A stretch of DNA of 57,053 bases, counting the filler, from Sphacelaria rigidula (Eukaryota), in assembly GCA_964200075.2 (NCBI GenBank). It is 8 parts of 8 records of this genome, joined end to end, with 100 filler letters (N's around TTAATTAATTAA, not from the genome) between each part and the next. Parts side by side here need not be neighbours in the genome. Positions count along the whole stretch, not along the records: positions 35,723 to 42,766 come from CAXNAA020016788.1; positions 42,867 to 49,910 come from CAXNAA020016789.1; positions 50,011 to 57,053 come from CAXNAA020016790.1; 5 more parts are not named here. The stretch is one strand, 5' to 3'. Under the pieces are notes generated by a model. The model was given only the letters and a program-made list of their open reading frames with translations, had not been told where the DNA came from and did not search any database. A program made the translations under genes and the position numbers. This document shows, in pieces, positions 37,296 through 50,139 of the stretch (the first letter of the stretch is position 1; every line of letters starts with the position of its first letter).

Positions 37296-37594
37296 GTCGT
37301 TCTACGCCGTCGAAGAGAGCCAGACGGGGTTCAACACCTCGGAATGACTTGCTCCACTCGTTCAGACGTTTCCAGGACATCTCCGCGTTTTCCGCTGGCC
37401 GCAGTTTTCATGTTGGTCAAACAAGTATCTCTGAATCAATATTTGTCCGACCCTTGCAAGAGTTCAAGCTTGGCCAAGCTGACAACTGCGGCCAAAGGAC
37501 AACGTGAAATTGTCCGAGGATCGTCTCAATGAGTAGAGCATGTCATTCCAAGGTGTCCGACATGGCCTATTTCTCTCTTGAGGCGTGAAACGAC
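37296..37594. mobile_element. Foldback (long-TIR) element, diverged copy
   Basis: Self-complementary arms (GTCGTT.TACGCC...ACACCT.GGAATGAC.TGCTC...GGCCGCAGTT); homologous to 53359-53703. Confidence 0.7.
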
Positions 37595-38216
37595 GCAGAA
37601 AAACGCGAAAACGCGTTCTTACAGGAATTCATTTTTGTTTTATGAAAAAAGCGGCCTTGAGCCGCTTTTTACGGTGAACGAGAAAAATCCAGGGCAGATT
37701 TTGGTGGATTTGACCAGTCTTGGACAACAATGCACGTGGTGGCAACCAAAAAACACACATGTGTCTCGGAACTGTCTCAACGAGTATCTCAAAGCACTCC
37801 AGTTTGTCAGCATCGGCCCACCCCTCTTTCAGCGAGTAAAACGACGCAGAAGGACCAGAAATGGCAGCTTTCCAGGATTTTTTTCCTTCAAAAGATGCCT
37901 TCACTGATTCTTCTTTCCTGTGTCCGTTTTTTTACCGAAATTGTCTAATTCGGTTTTGTGTTGGCTTCACTTCATTTTCGTTCGGTGTTTTAGTATTCGT
38001 TGGCGACTTATCTGCAGTAGCCACTATGTCGTACGGGGTCAGTGCCATACGCTCAATATCACCCCTGAGCGATCCTCAAAAAGTCATTGCCTGTGGACAC
38101 TATTTGTCCCGTGTCCCGTGCTGCATTTCTAGTCTACCGCTATCACGCGCCAAGAGGTTCCCCCCCCCCCTCTGTCCCACAACACCTTCATATTGATGAT
38201 GTCACCCACCTCTCAG

Positions 38217-41200
38217 GTGCCAACGAAGGAGACGTTGAAGGACAAGCACGTCGCTTACTATTTCTCGAGCCAGGCCGTCGAAGATCAGCTGGAGAAGGCG
38301 GCGCAGGGACAGGAGACCGTACGGCCAACGCCCGTGGTGAAGGAGGTGCGTAGTATAAAAGGGGTTCGGGGACCGACACACCCAAGAAACACCCCGTGTC
38401 GTGTGTGTGTGTAGTTTTGCAGCGATAATGAGCTTTTGACGTCGTGTATTTCGCAACAAGTAGGATTAATTCTGACTTTCGAGATGAGCTCACATACATT
38501 GCCTGTCCGCTTCTGGTTCCCCGTGGTTGTGACCCACGCGCGCAGGCCTACAGCAAAGCACAGGCGGCCGGGAAAGACTTCGAGGTAGTGTACGTGCCCG
38601 TCGCCGACTCTGAAGAGGTACGAAGCGTTTTCTTTTCTGATCTCACGGCGTTATTTTGGACAGCGATTCTGATGATATCTCCACCCCCCCCCCCTCAATG
38701 TGCGGTTGAGAATCTTGGTTGGGTAGTGTTGTGCACAATTTGTATGCTTGAAAGACGGAAATAGGGACATACGTGAAGCGGCTCGGTGCTGGATGTATTT
38801 TACTTTGTTTTATTTTTTCATTGTCGGTTGAATTTATCTCGCACAAGCTGTCAACTAACTCTGCGGCTTTAAGGTTTGGAAATTACAATCCCAACGTATG
38901 GCACTACACGAGGAGCCCCTCCGCCTTTCCGAGTACAGGATTGGGACTAGGAATGAGGTTCGTGGGCGATTTATTAATAGAGACCACGTCTAAAGTTCAT
39001 GAAGGGGGGGTGTACTCATGAATTTGCATTCCGTTTTCGTGAGACCATTGATCTCCGCATCCGTACAAAGCCGAGACGATGCTTACCAGGTTTTCGCCGG
39101 ACAAAGCTCGCAGTCACCAAGCGTGATGCGCCGTGATGTGTTGTGCGATTCACGCGAGGGGTGATACGCTCTCAGCGAAGATTGTCCAGCCCAGAACGTA
39201 CTCACCATCTTGCAAATGGATGACAGCCTCGAATGAGTTGCCCCCATTTTCTGGTTTCTTCACTTCCAGAGACAATCGCGGGTTACACATTGTCTCTTGC
39301 GTGTCCCACCATTGACACAAACGCAGTACGATAATCCCCTTTGTGCGGAGTCAGGGTTATCCACCCCCGAGCAGAATAATCTGGCTTCACCACTATTATG
39401 GTTGTTATTATTATCATATCCATCACATTAGCTCGATCTCTCGAACCCGTGTTACCGTACGGAAAACGCAGGCGAAAATTAAAAACGGTTACTTGGTTCC
39501 CTAGCTTACGCCTTGAGTAGCGTGTGTGCCAGCGTCGTTGCCACCCGACGCCAACCCTCAAATGGGGGTTTGTGAAGGGCGGGCGGGGAAGGAGAAGGGG
39601 CACTCATTTGTTGCTTGCCTTGGTCATTTGACCATTGACCACGCTTCCCATTCGAGACGGAGCACCGTTACTACTCCTAATAGAAGACACCTCCAATATT
39701 TATGTGCTCGTCACGTCTCTTTCACACGCTCCACTTTTACATGGTGCATGGAGGAAACGTCTCGGGCACTCAAATGTTGTGGAGATGCCTCTCTTGGGAG
39801 TAGGAACTGTGCTCCGTCTCGAAAGGAATGCGTGGTCAATGTTCGAACGACTAACGCAAGCGGAGGGGGGGGGGAGTGGTCACAGATTTGATCGTACATA
39901 TAACTGCTGCATCGTTGCAACCCCCATCACCACCTCCGTCCTCTCTCTCAATATTGAATAGACATACCATGAGGCTTTCAAGGACATGCCATGGAAGGGG
40001 ATCGTGCACAGCAATGCCACGGTGGCCAACCTCATTCGCAAGGCGGAGATCCGGGTGCTCCCCGCCGTGATTGTCGTTGACGACAAGGTGAGCCAGTTTT
40101 CGGTGCGATTTTCATGAACGGATGGTTTTGTATCCAGTCTGTACACTAGTGGTTATGCCGCTCGGAAAGGAAGATCCCATCGTTTTTGACTAGCCAGCCA
40201 CAAGGGAAAGACGTGGCCCCCAATCGGGCATTTCGCTTTTTGCCACAGGAACGAGCGGAGAACCTGCATCTTGGACAATAAAATGCCGTCAAAAGTGTAC
40301 TAATGCGTACGGTATCGACTAGTGCGTCTCGTACAATAGACAACAGCTTCCATACTGTGCGCACTACGGTCCTTGACAATATAATCGATTGTCGTTATCC
40401 AGGGTGTGCAACTTTTCAGGATGTTTCGTCAATGAAGGAATGCACGCACTGACAAAGGATATTTTGGTTAGAAAGGGCATTTTATAGATTTTTCAGTTAT
40501 ACGCTGACCGACTATCCCGGTGAACGTCTGAAACGAAGCATGAAATATGGGAGAGTAAAGATGTGAGTAGACGAAGCGAACTGTGCAAAGGAAGGAACTA
40601 TATCGTTGATGAATGCTTGAGCAACTCGCGGCCTGACCGGTCGTCGGGGGTCTTACGAGTATATACAGTTCCGACCCTTGAGGAATTTTTGCGTTTGGTT
40701 GAACGAATCCCGATCGTCATGGTGAACGATCTTCCAGGGTCAGTTTATGTCATTTATGGGTATACAGGGCGCAACAGCCGGAAAAAATGATGAGTACTGA
40801 AACCTCACACCACGACACCAATACTTGTGAACAATGTATTTTACTCGAGTGTCCCTTCGGAAAACGTTTGTGATTGAAAAAAAATAAGAGAACAATGGGA
40901 AAAAAAATCATGTAAATATTATCCGTCTGAACATGAGCTGCTGCTGCTGTTGTACATGAAGGAAACCCTTGAAATAGGTACGGTCGGTCAACCATGCAAA
41001 TGCTTGAAGACGTCCGTACTCCCCCCTTCCGTCTAGTGGGCTAATCTGCATTCCACGAGCAAAAAACTGCTGGCACATACCCTTGGTGTAGTCGTGGTAA
41101 TCCTCCAGCACTTGCAGGGAAAACGACTGATGTATCAGTGAGTCTCGGAAAATACTTCATTGTCATTTCAGAGTACAAAATAAAAAACAACACGTCAAGA

Positions 41201-42104
41201 AATCGTTGAGGGGGTACATCATTTGACTGAGGGGAGAGTGATTTTTTGTTACACCCTGATCCTGAGATATTTGCACTCTGAAATGACGGAAAAAAAGGTT
41301 TGCTAAGTTCTCTGTTAACCTCAAAGGCGTGTTGAGCAGGGTAAATACCCCGGTATTTGCCCTCCCGTATTTTGTGTTGCGATGGTCCGATCTCCAAACT
41401 CTACCCAAAATGTTGGGTGCTCAAGAGTAAGAGTTTTGAACATGAAACCAAATCTAGGAAACAAGGCTACCCCAACACACCCTTGATGATGTAATTGGTT
41501 AGATTGATTGTTGAACATTAGCTGATTCCGGAGATATCCCGCCGCGGTCGTTGTCCGCAAGATGAACTAGCAGCAAGTATTCCAAGGTAAATGAACACCG
41601 AAATACTCTCGAAAGAACGAAAAATAGTAGGAAAGCTGAGTTGTCATCATTTCTATTTTTTCCGTCATGCTAGCTCGATCTCTCGAACACGTGGTCACAG
41701 AGTGTAAGGAGCATACGATCCATACCCATAAATCAGACACCCAACAGAGGAAGACGAGGAACACAATATCTACACCAAAAAAAGAAGGCGGGCACCCGCA
41801 CTTGAAATTATCCGTGAAAGTCGATTGAAAAACGGGAGACGTACTGGAAGCTAAGAAGTCCCGGCGGGCGACCTCTCCGACTACTTTTGTCACATACTAT
41901 TGCCTACACAGTATAGTATATACATGGGTTATGTAGACGCATTTTTCTTCACCCCACCCCTCCCTTCCCATCATCGTGTGTCATGTGGGTCTGCAGGGCG
42001 ACGTTGTGACGCGTGACGGTTACTCCAACATGGTGTTTTTCCCAGAGGATTTCCCGTGGAAAAACAAGTCGCTGAGGGAAATGCTGGGAGACAAGTTCAA
42101 AAAG
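38217..42104 (+). CDS. Nucleoredoxin/tryparedoxin-like thioredoxin-fold protein, partial (exons 38217-38345, 38546-38617, 39962-40087, 41997-42104)
   Basis: Four phase-0 AG/GT exons join in frame: VPTKETLKDKHVAYYFSSQAVEDQLEKAAQGQETVRPTPVVKE / AYSKAQAAGKDFEVVYVPVADSEE / TYHEAFKDMPWKGIVHSNATVANLIRKAEIRVLPAVIVVDDK / GDVVTRDGYSNMVFFPEDFPWKNKSLREMLGDKFKK. FEVVYV, MPW, P-x-x-IVVD-x-x-G-x-V-x-T-x-DG and FPW are nucleoredoxin hallmarks. Confidence 0.85.
39040..39570 (-). repeat. Family L element, intronic copy, with a ~50-bp retroposon 3'-end insert
   Basis: Diverged reverse-complement match to 7895-8430; extra segment at about 39404-39450. Confidence 0.65.
39595..39875. mobile_element. Foldback/MITE built from two inverted copies of the ~65-100-bp module
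   Basis: Left arm TTGCTTGCCTTGGTCATTTGACCATTGACCACGC...GAGACGGAGCAC...CTACTCC is the reverse complement of right arm GGAGTAGG...GTGCTCCGTCTCGAAAGG..TGCGTGGTCAATG...GCAAGC. Confidence 0.7.
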
Positions 42105-42766
42105 GTACAAAACGTCATCATCCTCCAGTATGCGCACTACTTTTCATCATGGGGGTGCATGATACGGCCTCTTCGTTCCCCTTGTGTTTTTGTTGCAGGA
42201 TGTTGTGAGTGCCTGTTTTGCTGACATCATCGAGAGAAGCGTCTCATGTATTACATTAACCGAATTGGTGAAACAGCAACAGAGGATTTGCCATCTGATT
42301 TGTTTTTTGCGGTTTGATCACCATGTCTTGATAGTATGCGCTGCGTCAAGGTGATGAATCGATCGTTTCTCTCTCATGCTCTAGAAATGTAGATGTCGAA
42401 CGCGAACTGCCGAAACCTCCAACCACACGACNNNNNNNNTGTTCTTTTGTTATTTTTTTTTTTTTTTTCTTTTTTTTTTTTTTTGTTTTTTTTGTACTCG
42501 TTTTTGTGTACCCCCCCCCCCCCCCCCCCCTCCCCCCTACCTCATTCGGCTTTTGCTTGTTGACACTCGGCTCATGGTCGTTGAGTAGGCCTTTCACGTA
42601 AACGGTATATGATCATATCATCTCGTCACCGAGGTGTGTGTAGCAGTCAGCGTCAGAAGTTTTCAAAATTCGTAGTCGTCCTTTTTTCTGAGTTTTTCCA
42701 GAGTACCGTTCTTCACTACTCCTTGAAAATGCTAGCCCCGGTAAATTTAGGGAGAAAGCGTAGGCC

Positions 42767-42866
42767 NNNNNNNNNNNNNNNNNNNNNNNNNNNNNNNNNN
42801 NNNNNNNNNNTTAATTAATTAANNNNNNNNNNNNNNNNNNNNNNNNNNNNNNNNNNNNNNNNNNNN
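42767..42866. other. Artificial contig linker
   Basis: N44-TTAATTAATTAA-N44. Confidence 0.97.
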
Positions 42867-43049
42867 TGAAAGTGTGGGGGAAGCACTGTTTTAGGCTTGA
42901 GCCTCATCTCAAAGTTAAACCTCAATTCGCACAATTTGTTGTTAGATGTCGTTCTGATGCTGAAGGAACTCCGAAGCTGACGATGATTTCCTCTTGTGAG
43001 ATATAGGCAAGAAGTTGGGTCAGACAAAGAGTGGTCGCTGGAGGCGACC

Positions 43050-43737
43050 AGTTCCTCGGAGGATGTTGGACCGTCCTGAATATTAGGCTCTTCCTGGCAT
43101 CACCCCGAGTTGTCTAGTTTCGTTGGCATTACAGGATCCTCGGGAATCTGGTCCATTTGGACCGTTCCCACTTGTACCTGCTTGCTCTGGCTCTTTATAC
43201 ACGTGTGACCTCCGTCTCTGATATGTTACTGCAAAGAGGTACTCTCGACACACACTAGTTGCTGGAATTTCCGGGCTAAGTCGAAACAAATAGCGTATAT
43301 AGTTCGGTAAAACACGTTTTGACGCTCTCCCACTCGTATATACCCCTTGGCATGCGGGGACGAGACGTGGTGGTCGCTTGGTCATTCTTTCGTGTGCGAA
43401 TAACAATTGCAGTAAGACCCGCGGATCACATCACGATTTGAGTCTGCGGTGCGCACACAAAACTTTATCGCTGAAGTTGCCTCGTCGCTGACGAGCCTGT
43501 GTATTCGCGGAATTCGTTTGCTCGTGACCGCACTGCCATGTGCAGATCAAACTGGAGGACATCATCGACGACATGTCGGGAGGGAAGGGCTCGAAGGTGA
43601 AGTTGTCGCAGGCCGTTGTCCAGCGCTGGATCAGCATCTGCCAGATGCTACTGAGCGTCGTGGAGAGATAGAACGTGTGAGACGTTTTACCTGGCCAAAG
43701 GGGAACCCTTTCCGCTGACGAGCAAGGGAACAACGAG
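43050..43737 (+). pseudogene. Decayed hAT-superfamily transposase fragment
   Basis: Motifs in hAT order across stops and frameshifts: CWT (~43064), SFVGITGS (43116), KQIAYIVR*N (cf. IVTDN), CGAH (CxxH, 43445), KLSQAVVQRWISICQML (cf. LxQDVxTRWNSTxxML). Confidence 0.6.
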
Positions 43738-44454
43738 GTGAGTCAAAGATCGTCTGTTTTGTGTGAGGTACGTCAGCGGCATATATTATATGAGAGATTT
43801 TATCTGTTACATTTGTTCTAAGATTCGTTCCCTACAGACCGGTGTCAAAATGCTGTATTTCTTCACTTCATTTTAGAGTACATATATTTCGGGGCCATGT
43901 CGTTCTGTGAAGCTCTGAGAAGCCAGCATTTCTTCTTTACTTGATTTTAGAGTACACTTTTTCGCTGATTATACATATCAGCCTCTTCGCTTGCATTTCG
44001 CTGGACATTATGGTGTGTTCCGGTTCTGCTTTGGGTTTCGAGTGCATACACTTTCCGGGCTGTGTTCTGCATGGCGTGTTGACGTTGCGATGCGTTCCAT
44101 TTGATGCATTTCCTCGCTGGACGCCTCGGTGGACCCTTTGGCCGCAGATGCCACCTCTCGACCGCACACAGGCCACCTTCATTCGTGTAAGTGGCATCGT
44201 TTTTACCTTATAATTGAATCGGCATTATTATCATCGAATCGGAACTGTACGGAACGACAAAGTGCCGTCGCTGTCCGTTTCACTCTCGGAGCACACGTCG
44301 AGCATGTTGTGTGTGATCTTGCTCGCATGTTGCATCGTCTTAACTGTACTTCCCTTTTACTGTCTCTGGGCTGCTGCTCTACCGTACACGCGATTTTGTT
44401 TATCATAAAGTGCTTAAAGCAGCGGCTTCTATTTTCTCAGATTTGAGTCGTCTG

Positions 44455-45180
44455 AACAGCTTTGTGCGAGGTAGTAACTAACTCCTTGATCATAAGCATG
44501 GTTCATGTGTGGAATCAGCATCGGTTTTGCTTGGAAAATACACTGCATGATCAGATGACCTACCCTCGCGGTCTAAGGGATAAACACCGTGCTCAGCTGA
44601 TGAGCAGCTACGGCATTTCCTTCGAAGTATGGCCTGTGCCACTATGCAACGCACGCGATTAGCACCTTTTCGCGCGCGTCTTACAGAAATCATCGTCTCT
44701 CATTGAATTCTGAACAGATTTATGCAAGGTCACGCACAGCTCGAGTAACGAGCAGTTATTTTTCACGATGAAGCGCGGCGCGTGAAACGCTTTCTCATTT
44801 CTCAGTTGGCATCACTCCACACATTGAATCGGCATCATTTTCCGGTTGGTTCCTCATTGGATGCTGGACAGTTTTCTGCGAGGTAGTTACTCTTTGACCG
44901 CAAGCATCGGTCATCTGTGAAATAAGCATCAGTTCTACTCGAAATATACACTGCATGACCAGATAGATGACCTACCCTCGCGGTCTGGATACACAGGATA
45001 AACAACGTGCTCAGCTGATGAGAATTTTCTTCAAAGTATGATCTGTGCCACGACGCAACGCACGCAATTAGAACCGGTTCGCCTGCGTCTTACACAAATC
45101 ATCATTTACACAAATCATCATTTTTCATCAAGTTCTGAACAGGTTTATGCAAGGCCACGCGCAGCTCAAGTAATGAGCAT
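44455..45180 (+). repeat. Diverged direct duplication of a ~300-bp unit (44455-44755 and 44866-45180)
   Basis: Shared blocks TGCGAGGTAGT, ATACACTGCATGA, GATGACCTACCCTCGCGGTCT, GTGCTCAGCTGATGAG and TTCTGAACAG.TTTATGCAAGG in the same order. Confidence 0.8.
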
Positions 45181-45545
45181 CTACGGCTCGAGCTGTGTAC
45201 TTTCGGTTTTGCGGGGGCAATGAGTTCCAGAGGTTCACCATTGATAGTGTTGGGTTGTTTATCAAGTGCCAAGCCTTTGCATGTGTCCCTATGAACGTGA
45301 CACCTATGTTCCTCTTCGGATTGAAAACGAGCCGAAAATATTCACTTTTGGAATCGTCATCATCTTCAAAATGAAATCGTCACGCACAACTTGCTCAGCT
45401 GGTGAGCAGCTACGGCCACTCTGACCTTTGTCATTACGCAACACACAAAGCTATCACGGGTGCTCATGAACCTTGTATGTCGATCCACTGATCGTGGCGG
45501 CGAAGCCGCCGAAACTCTTGTATATATATATATATATATATCGCT

Positions 45546-45612
<67 letters not shown>

Positions 45613-46105
45613 ATTATTTCTGCACATTAGTCCGATCTCGCGAACCCGTGGCCACAGACGTAGGCTCGCCTTTCCAATACCGTCAGTATATAGCGTTGGC
45701 TTTCGTGTTGACAGGTTGTTTTTGAACGGACCATGTGCACCGACAACGGTAATCTCATGAATGTGCATTTACCTGATAAAGTGTAGTCTACACTACCTTT
45801 TTTGTCGCACTTTAAACCCCTCGCCTTTCTCAGGACGAGTCCGTGGTCTCAAGCGAACAATTCATCACTCCTCGGTACATGCCTTGCATTTTGGTCTCAG
45901 GTATTGGGTCGGCACTCTCACACCACGTCAACTCTCGTCAAACAAACGCAGCCCACGACCACTTTTCGTGTACTGACCTACTCACACCTTCTTCGACGAT
46001 CGAGAATAGAGACTTCGAACAAGAAGAGATGAAACCTACCGGGACTCGAATCTACGTTCTCTAAACTTTACTGGTGGTGATAGTCGGACCACTATACCAC
46101 CGGAG
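45546..46105 (-). mobile_element. tRNA-derived SINE with (AAC)n tail
   Basis: Minus-strand head has A-box TGGTATAGTGG and B-box-like GATTCGAGTCC. Body fragments recur at 52765-52918 and 11640-11718. The 3' end runs into a (GTT)n tract at 45548-45610. Confidence 0.75.
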
Positions 46106-49100
46106 TTCGGCGAGAACAATGGAACTAGACATACTATGAATCATCGGAAGTTTCGCTATTGCACAGGCAACGGTAGTAGTATAGCACGAAAATACATGCT
46201 CAGGTACAGACTTAGGTCAGGGATGCTTTCGTTGAGCAGCATGCATACTCACATTGAGCTCACGTCGATTCGTGACAGCACTCATCATGGGGGTGGCCAG
46301 TCCCACTTTCAGCCTCGTGGCTGCAGAATAGCATATGCAAAACAGAAAAGCGCACAGACGCAGCGGAAATTGTGAAAAGGGCGGACTTGACCATCAAAAC
46401 ACAGTAGGCGCAACTCTACACTTCTTGGTAGAAACGTATTGGCTTGCACAAACTTGACGGGAACTACCGCACGCGTGGTACTGGGGCGCATCTACTGCAC
46501 TTTCAGCATCGGTGACGGGGCTGCCAAGCCCACGGGTGGCTGCTGGTACACGTTATTTGCAAGTCATGATGTCCAGGTCACTATCCATGGACATTATGGA
46601 TGGGTTGAACGACGTGCGTACAGCTAAAAAAGGGTTATAAGTGCACGCGTTGTCGCGTTGTGTAACAACTGTAAACCTGCGAATATAGTCAAACATCCGT
46701 TTTGTAACGTGGCTCACGCTGTAAGCATACTTGTACACTTGCCGGTACCTGGAGACGGTACGAATGCAGATGGCATATACAAGCGAGCACTGGTTCTGTC
46801 GACATACAAACATGTTTACACCACGGTGAACGTGTAGGAGACATGAAGTTGCCCAATCAAGCGCGTTGGGCACATGCCATTGAAGACGTGCTCATGCAAT
46901 GATCACTCCGCGACTGTTTTGCGATGTAGAGGAGCGACCAGCGAAGTCCACGCCGTCTAGAGGGGTTCGAAAAAACGCCACCGGAATAATATTGCTTACT
47001 CCCACAACCGAGGACTTTCAATTGATGTCGGACGACTTGAGTCGATTTGCTGCTCGCGTACCCCATGGCCGACTCGATCACGCTCACTTACCAGATGTCG
47101 TCAAGATGGTCGCGACAACAATTAAGCCGCCATGACTGAGCAAGCACGAAGGCATGCTGGATCGACTTCTTTTCGTTGATTCTTTGGGCCTTGGAACGCA
47201 CTTCCTGTGATGAATGGTTAGGGTGTGGAGGTATGAACTCCCCTGTCGTGGCGAACGGTCGACATGACGAAATGTCTATGATCGTCAGGAGGACGTTCAA
47301 TGATGCATACCACGTTCCTTTTCTCGGTATCGGCTGGTGGTATACAGTACTTGAGCCGAGGAATCAAAAGTCCTTCCAAGTCAATGTTCTCGCTGTTGTT
47401 TTCGGAACTTGTTGACGGCGTGGCATTTTGTTACGTGGAGCATCGAGAATATCAACAGGCTACCGACACGCGATTGGTGTGTACACTACCACGTGGTGTC
47501 TGACGTGCGCAGTCGTATGTAGGGAGCAGGCATTGAGGAGACGTTATGACGGTTAAGGACTGGTCCGCTGCAATGATCGAAATGAAAGCGTTCCGCGCGG
47601 TTGAGTACCTGGTGTTGGTTGTCTTGGATAAAAGGATTTGTAGAATGTGGCACGGACGCGAGCAATAAGTCCTCAGACGCGCACAGCGTGCTGTTAAACA
47701 CACTCGAAGTAAAGACACAGATTGGTGTGTGTGCTTATCGGCCGATACAAACAGCACACACAAATAAAAAGCAGACACTGGTGGAGATGGAGAAGAATGG
47801 AGAATGTTTGAGAATGGCGAAGGTGGGCGTGCCCAAAAGCTCTTGAGAGCACGAAAACCCGTTCCCCCTGCTCATTACTCGATACATTACGCACTCGGGA
47901 AAACTCTCAACTTGTTCTCGGCACAAAATATCTGGCCAGGATAATATTCGACCCACTTGCTATGTCAGCAAATACCTGTCCTTGGTACCTTCCTGCCTTT
48001 AACTAAGGATTCGACAAAATATCCAATCACAATTGATCACTTTCCGTGAAATAAGAATTCCCCATCACTTTCTACGGATTTTCCTACTCGCATGTGGCCA
48101 TACAGCCCTATCACGTATTTTTCCCATTCCGATTAATGGGTGTTCCACAATTCTGCTATTCCTTGAGTCTGTGCATAGAAATTCAGGCACGTTCCAGTAC
48201 TACATCAAACCGTTCATGCAGGTGATACCGTAAGCTACTCATCGATGAATTGATATAAGCTATACTGCTGTCTGCGTACCAATTTATATTTGGTCATGAC
48301 TGTTCTCAGTGTTTTCAGTTATGACGAGCACAACTCTTGATTCACTGCAGTATTGCTTTGTACTATGTATTCTCAACACGACTATGTTTGAAACGAATGA
48401 GTGAACGATTTGGAAGGTAAATATTTCACGTTCAAGCTACGTCCTTCTGCATCGTTGATGCCGTGGCCATTCGTGTGTTACAATTTTCTAGTACATCGTG
48501 GCAAGCGTGACTTAAGTGTGGTCTGCTCTGTCTGCCATTCAGTGCGGCAAGTGTTGACATTAATCTTTTGCGATGTGACGATGCGACGCATTAGTGTATC
48601 TCGTGGAGAGTCAGCTCACACAAACGCCTTTGACCGATCCGGACGACCACATACCATGTTTATATGTACATGTATGATTTCACATTTTTCACCACTTTTG
48701 CCGGGCATTCTCTGGCGGCAAGGCATTTTTGCCCGCGCTTTTTTTTGCAGCGCACTAAGAAGGCTCAGCGGTACATTACCGCTCAGTTTGGGTGTCATCT
48801 GATACCCGTGGCGCGTGTTTTGGCCACCGAAAGTCGCTCAAACTGGCCCTTTTTCGCGGGATGTCGATGCCGAACCACAAAAGCCTTTTCAAGATCATGG
48901 AAAACTCAACACAGGGTTACTCTTGGCGGGGTAATTTTTCCCCGTGTTTCTCTTTGTCGCGTTCTCGTTCATTTGGGAGCACAAACACACCGATTATGCC
49001 TGCAATGTCACGAGAGCATGAGAGCAAAACAGTTTAAACCAATTGAGCATTGCCTTGGCCTTAGTCAGCAGCAGACACAAGATCGTGCAATGCGCCGTTG

Positions 49101-49910
49101 GCGAGTTGAACAAGGCACAGCAGCACGGCAGCACGGCAGCACAGGAATGTTTTGCCGTAAAAACCAACCATCCTGTTTTTTAAAAGGCGCGGTGAGGTGG
49201 AAGCAACAGTGATGTGCAATCATTTCAGGCAAGAACCACCACTCTTATGTCCAGAGAAATGCAAGCTTTCGGGTCCAGCGAAAACCGATAGCACTGCAAG
49301 AGCATGCCCGTTAAAATGAAGGACCGAGAAAAATGGCCCAGTGAAACGTTCGGCCGGCTTTTACAAAAAGCGCAACTCTCATGTGCAGCGAAAAAACGAA
49401 GCACCGAAAAAACATATCCGCTAGCTTCCCAGGTGAGAATGAACATGCCAGGAACGTTCCACGTATTCCAACAGCCAGTCAAAGCTACTCTTTTGTCCAG
49501 AGAAATGCAAATTCTCATGTGCAGCGCAAAAGCGAAGGACTGGAAGAACACACCTGCGGGCTTCCCAAGTGACAAAAAACATGCCAGGAATGTTCCACGA
49601 CCTCCAATATTTCGGGAAGTGCCTCCCGCTGTCATGTCTTTGTGGCACGAAAGCTACTTCGCACTCTGGCACCTTGAAAAAACCACACATGTCCTATGCC
49701 ACCATCCAAAAACACATAAGATGTTTTTTACAGCCACGAAAACTACTGTACATTGATATACAACAGCCTCTCTTGACCACATATTTTCCACTAGCGTCGC
49801 CCCCGGGAGGCCCGAACCAATCTCTCGACGGGGCACCTTGTGTGTATACATATATAACAGGGTTGCCAGAAAAATGAGAACGTATTTTGAAATGAGAATC
49901 AACCGCTCCC

Positions 49911-50010
49911 NNNNNNNNNNNNNNNNNNNNNNNNNNNNNNNNNNNNNNNNNNNNTTAATTAATTAANNNNNNNNNNNNNNNNNNNNNNNNNNNNNNNNNN
50001 NNNNNNNNNN
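49911..50010. other. Artificial contig linker
   Basis: N44-TTAATTAATTAA-N44. Confidence 0.97.
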
Positions 50011-50139
50011 TGGCCAAACTTGCAGTTTCACTAACAAACGGCCAAGTTTTGAGAAAATAGGGGGGGGGGGGGCGGAACTGCCGTTTTGCTCCCCTTTTTT
50101 TCTGTCAAGCTTGCCTTATTTTTTGCCGCCAGAAGGGAT

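Noticed and set aside
43546-43671. Apparent terminal exon for the nucleoredoxin-like gene
   Set aside because: It lies across an artificial linker on a different contig, and its peptide fits the hAT transposase RW motif.
46038-46105. tRNA gene
   Set aside because: Only A and B boxes are present; no convincing cloverleaf, and it continues into a dispersed repeat with a microsatellite tail (SINE).
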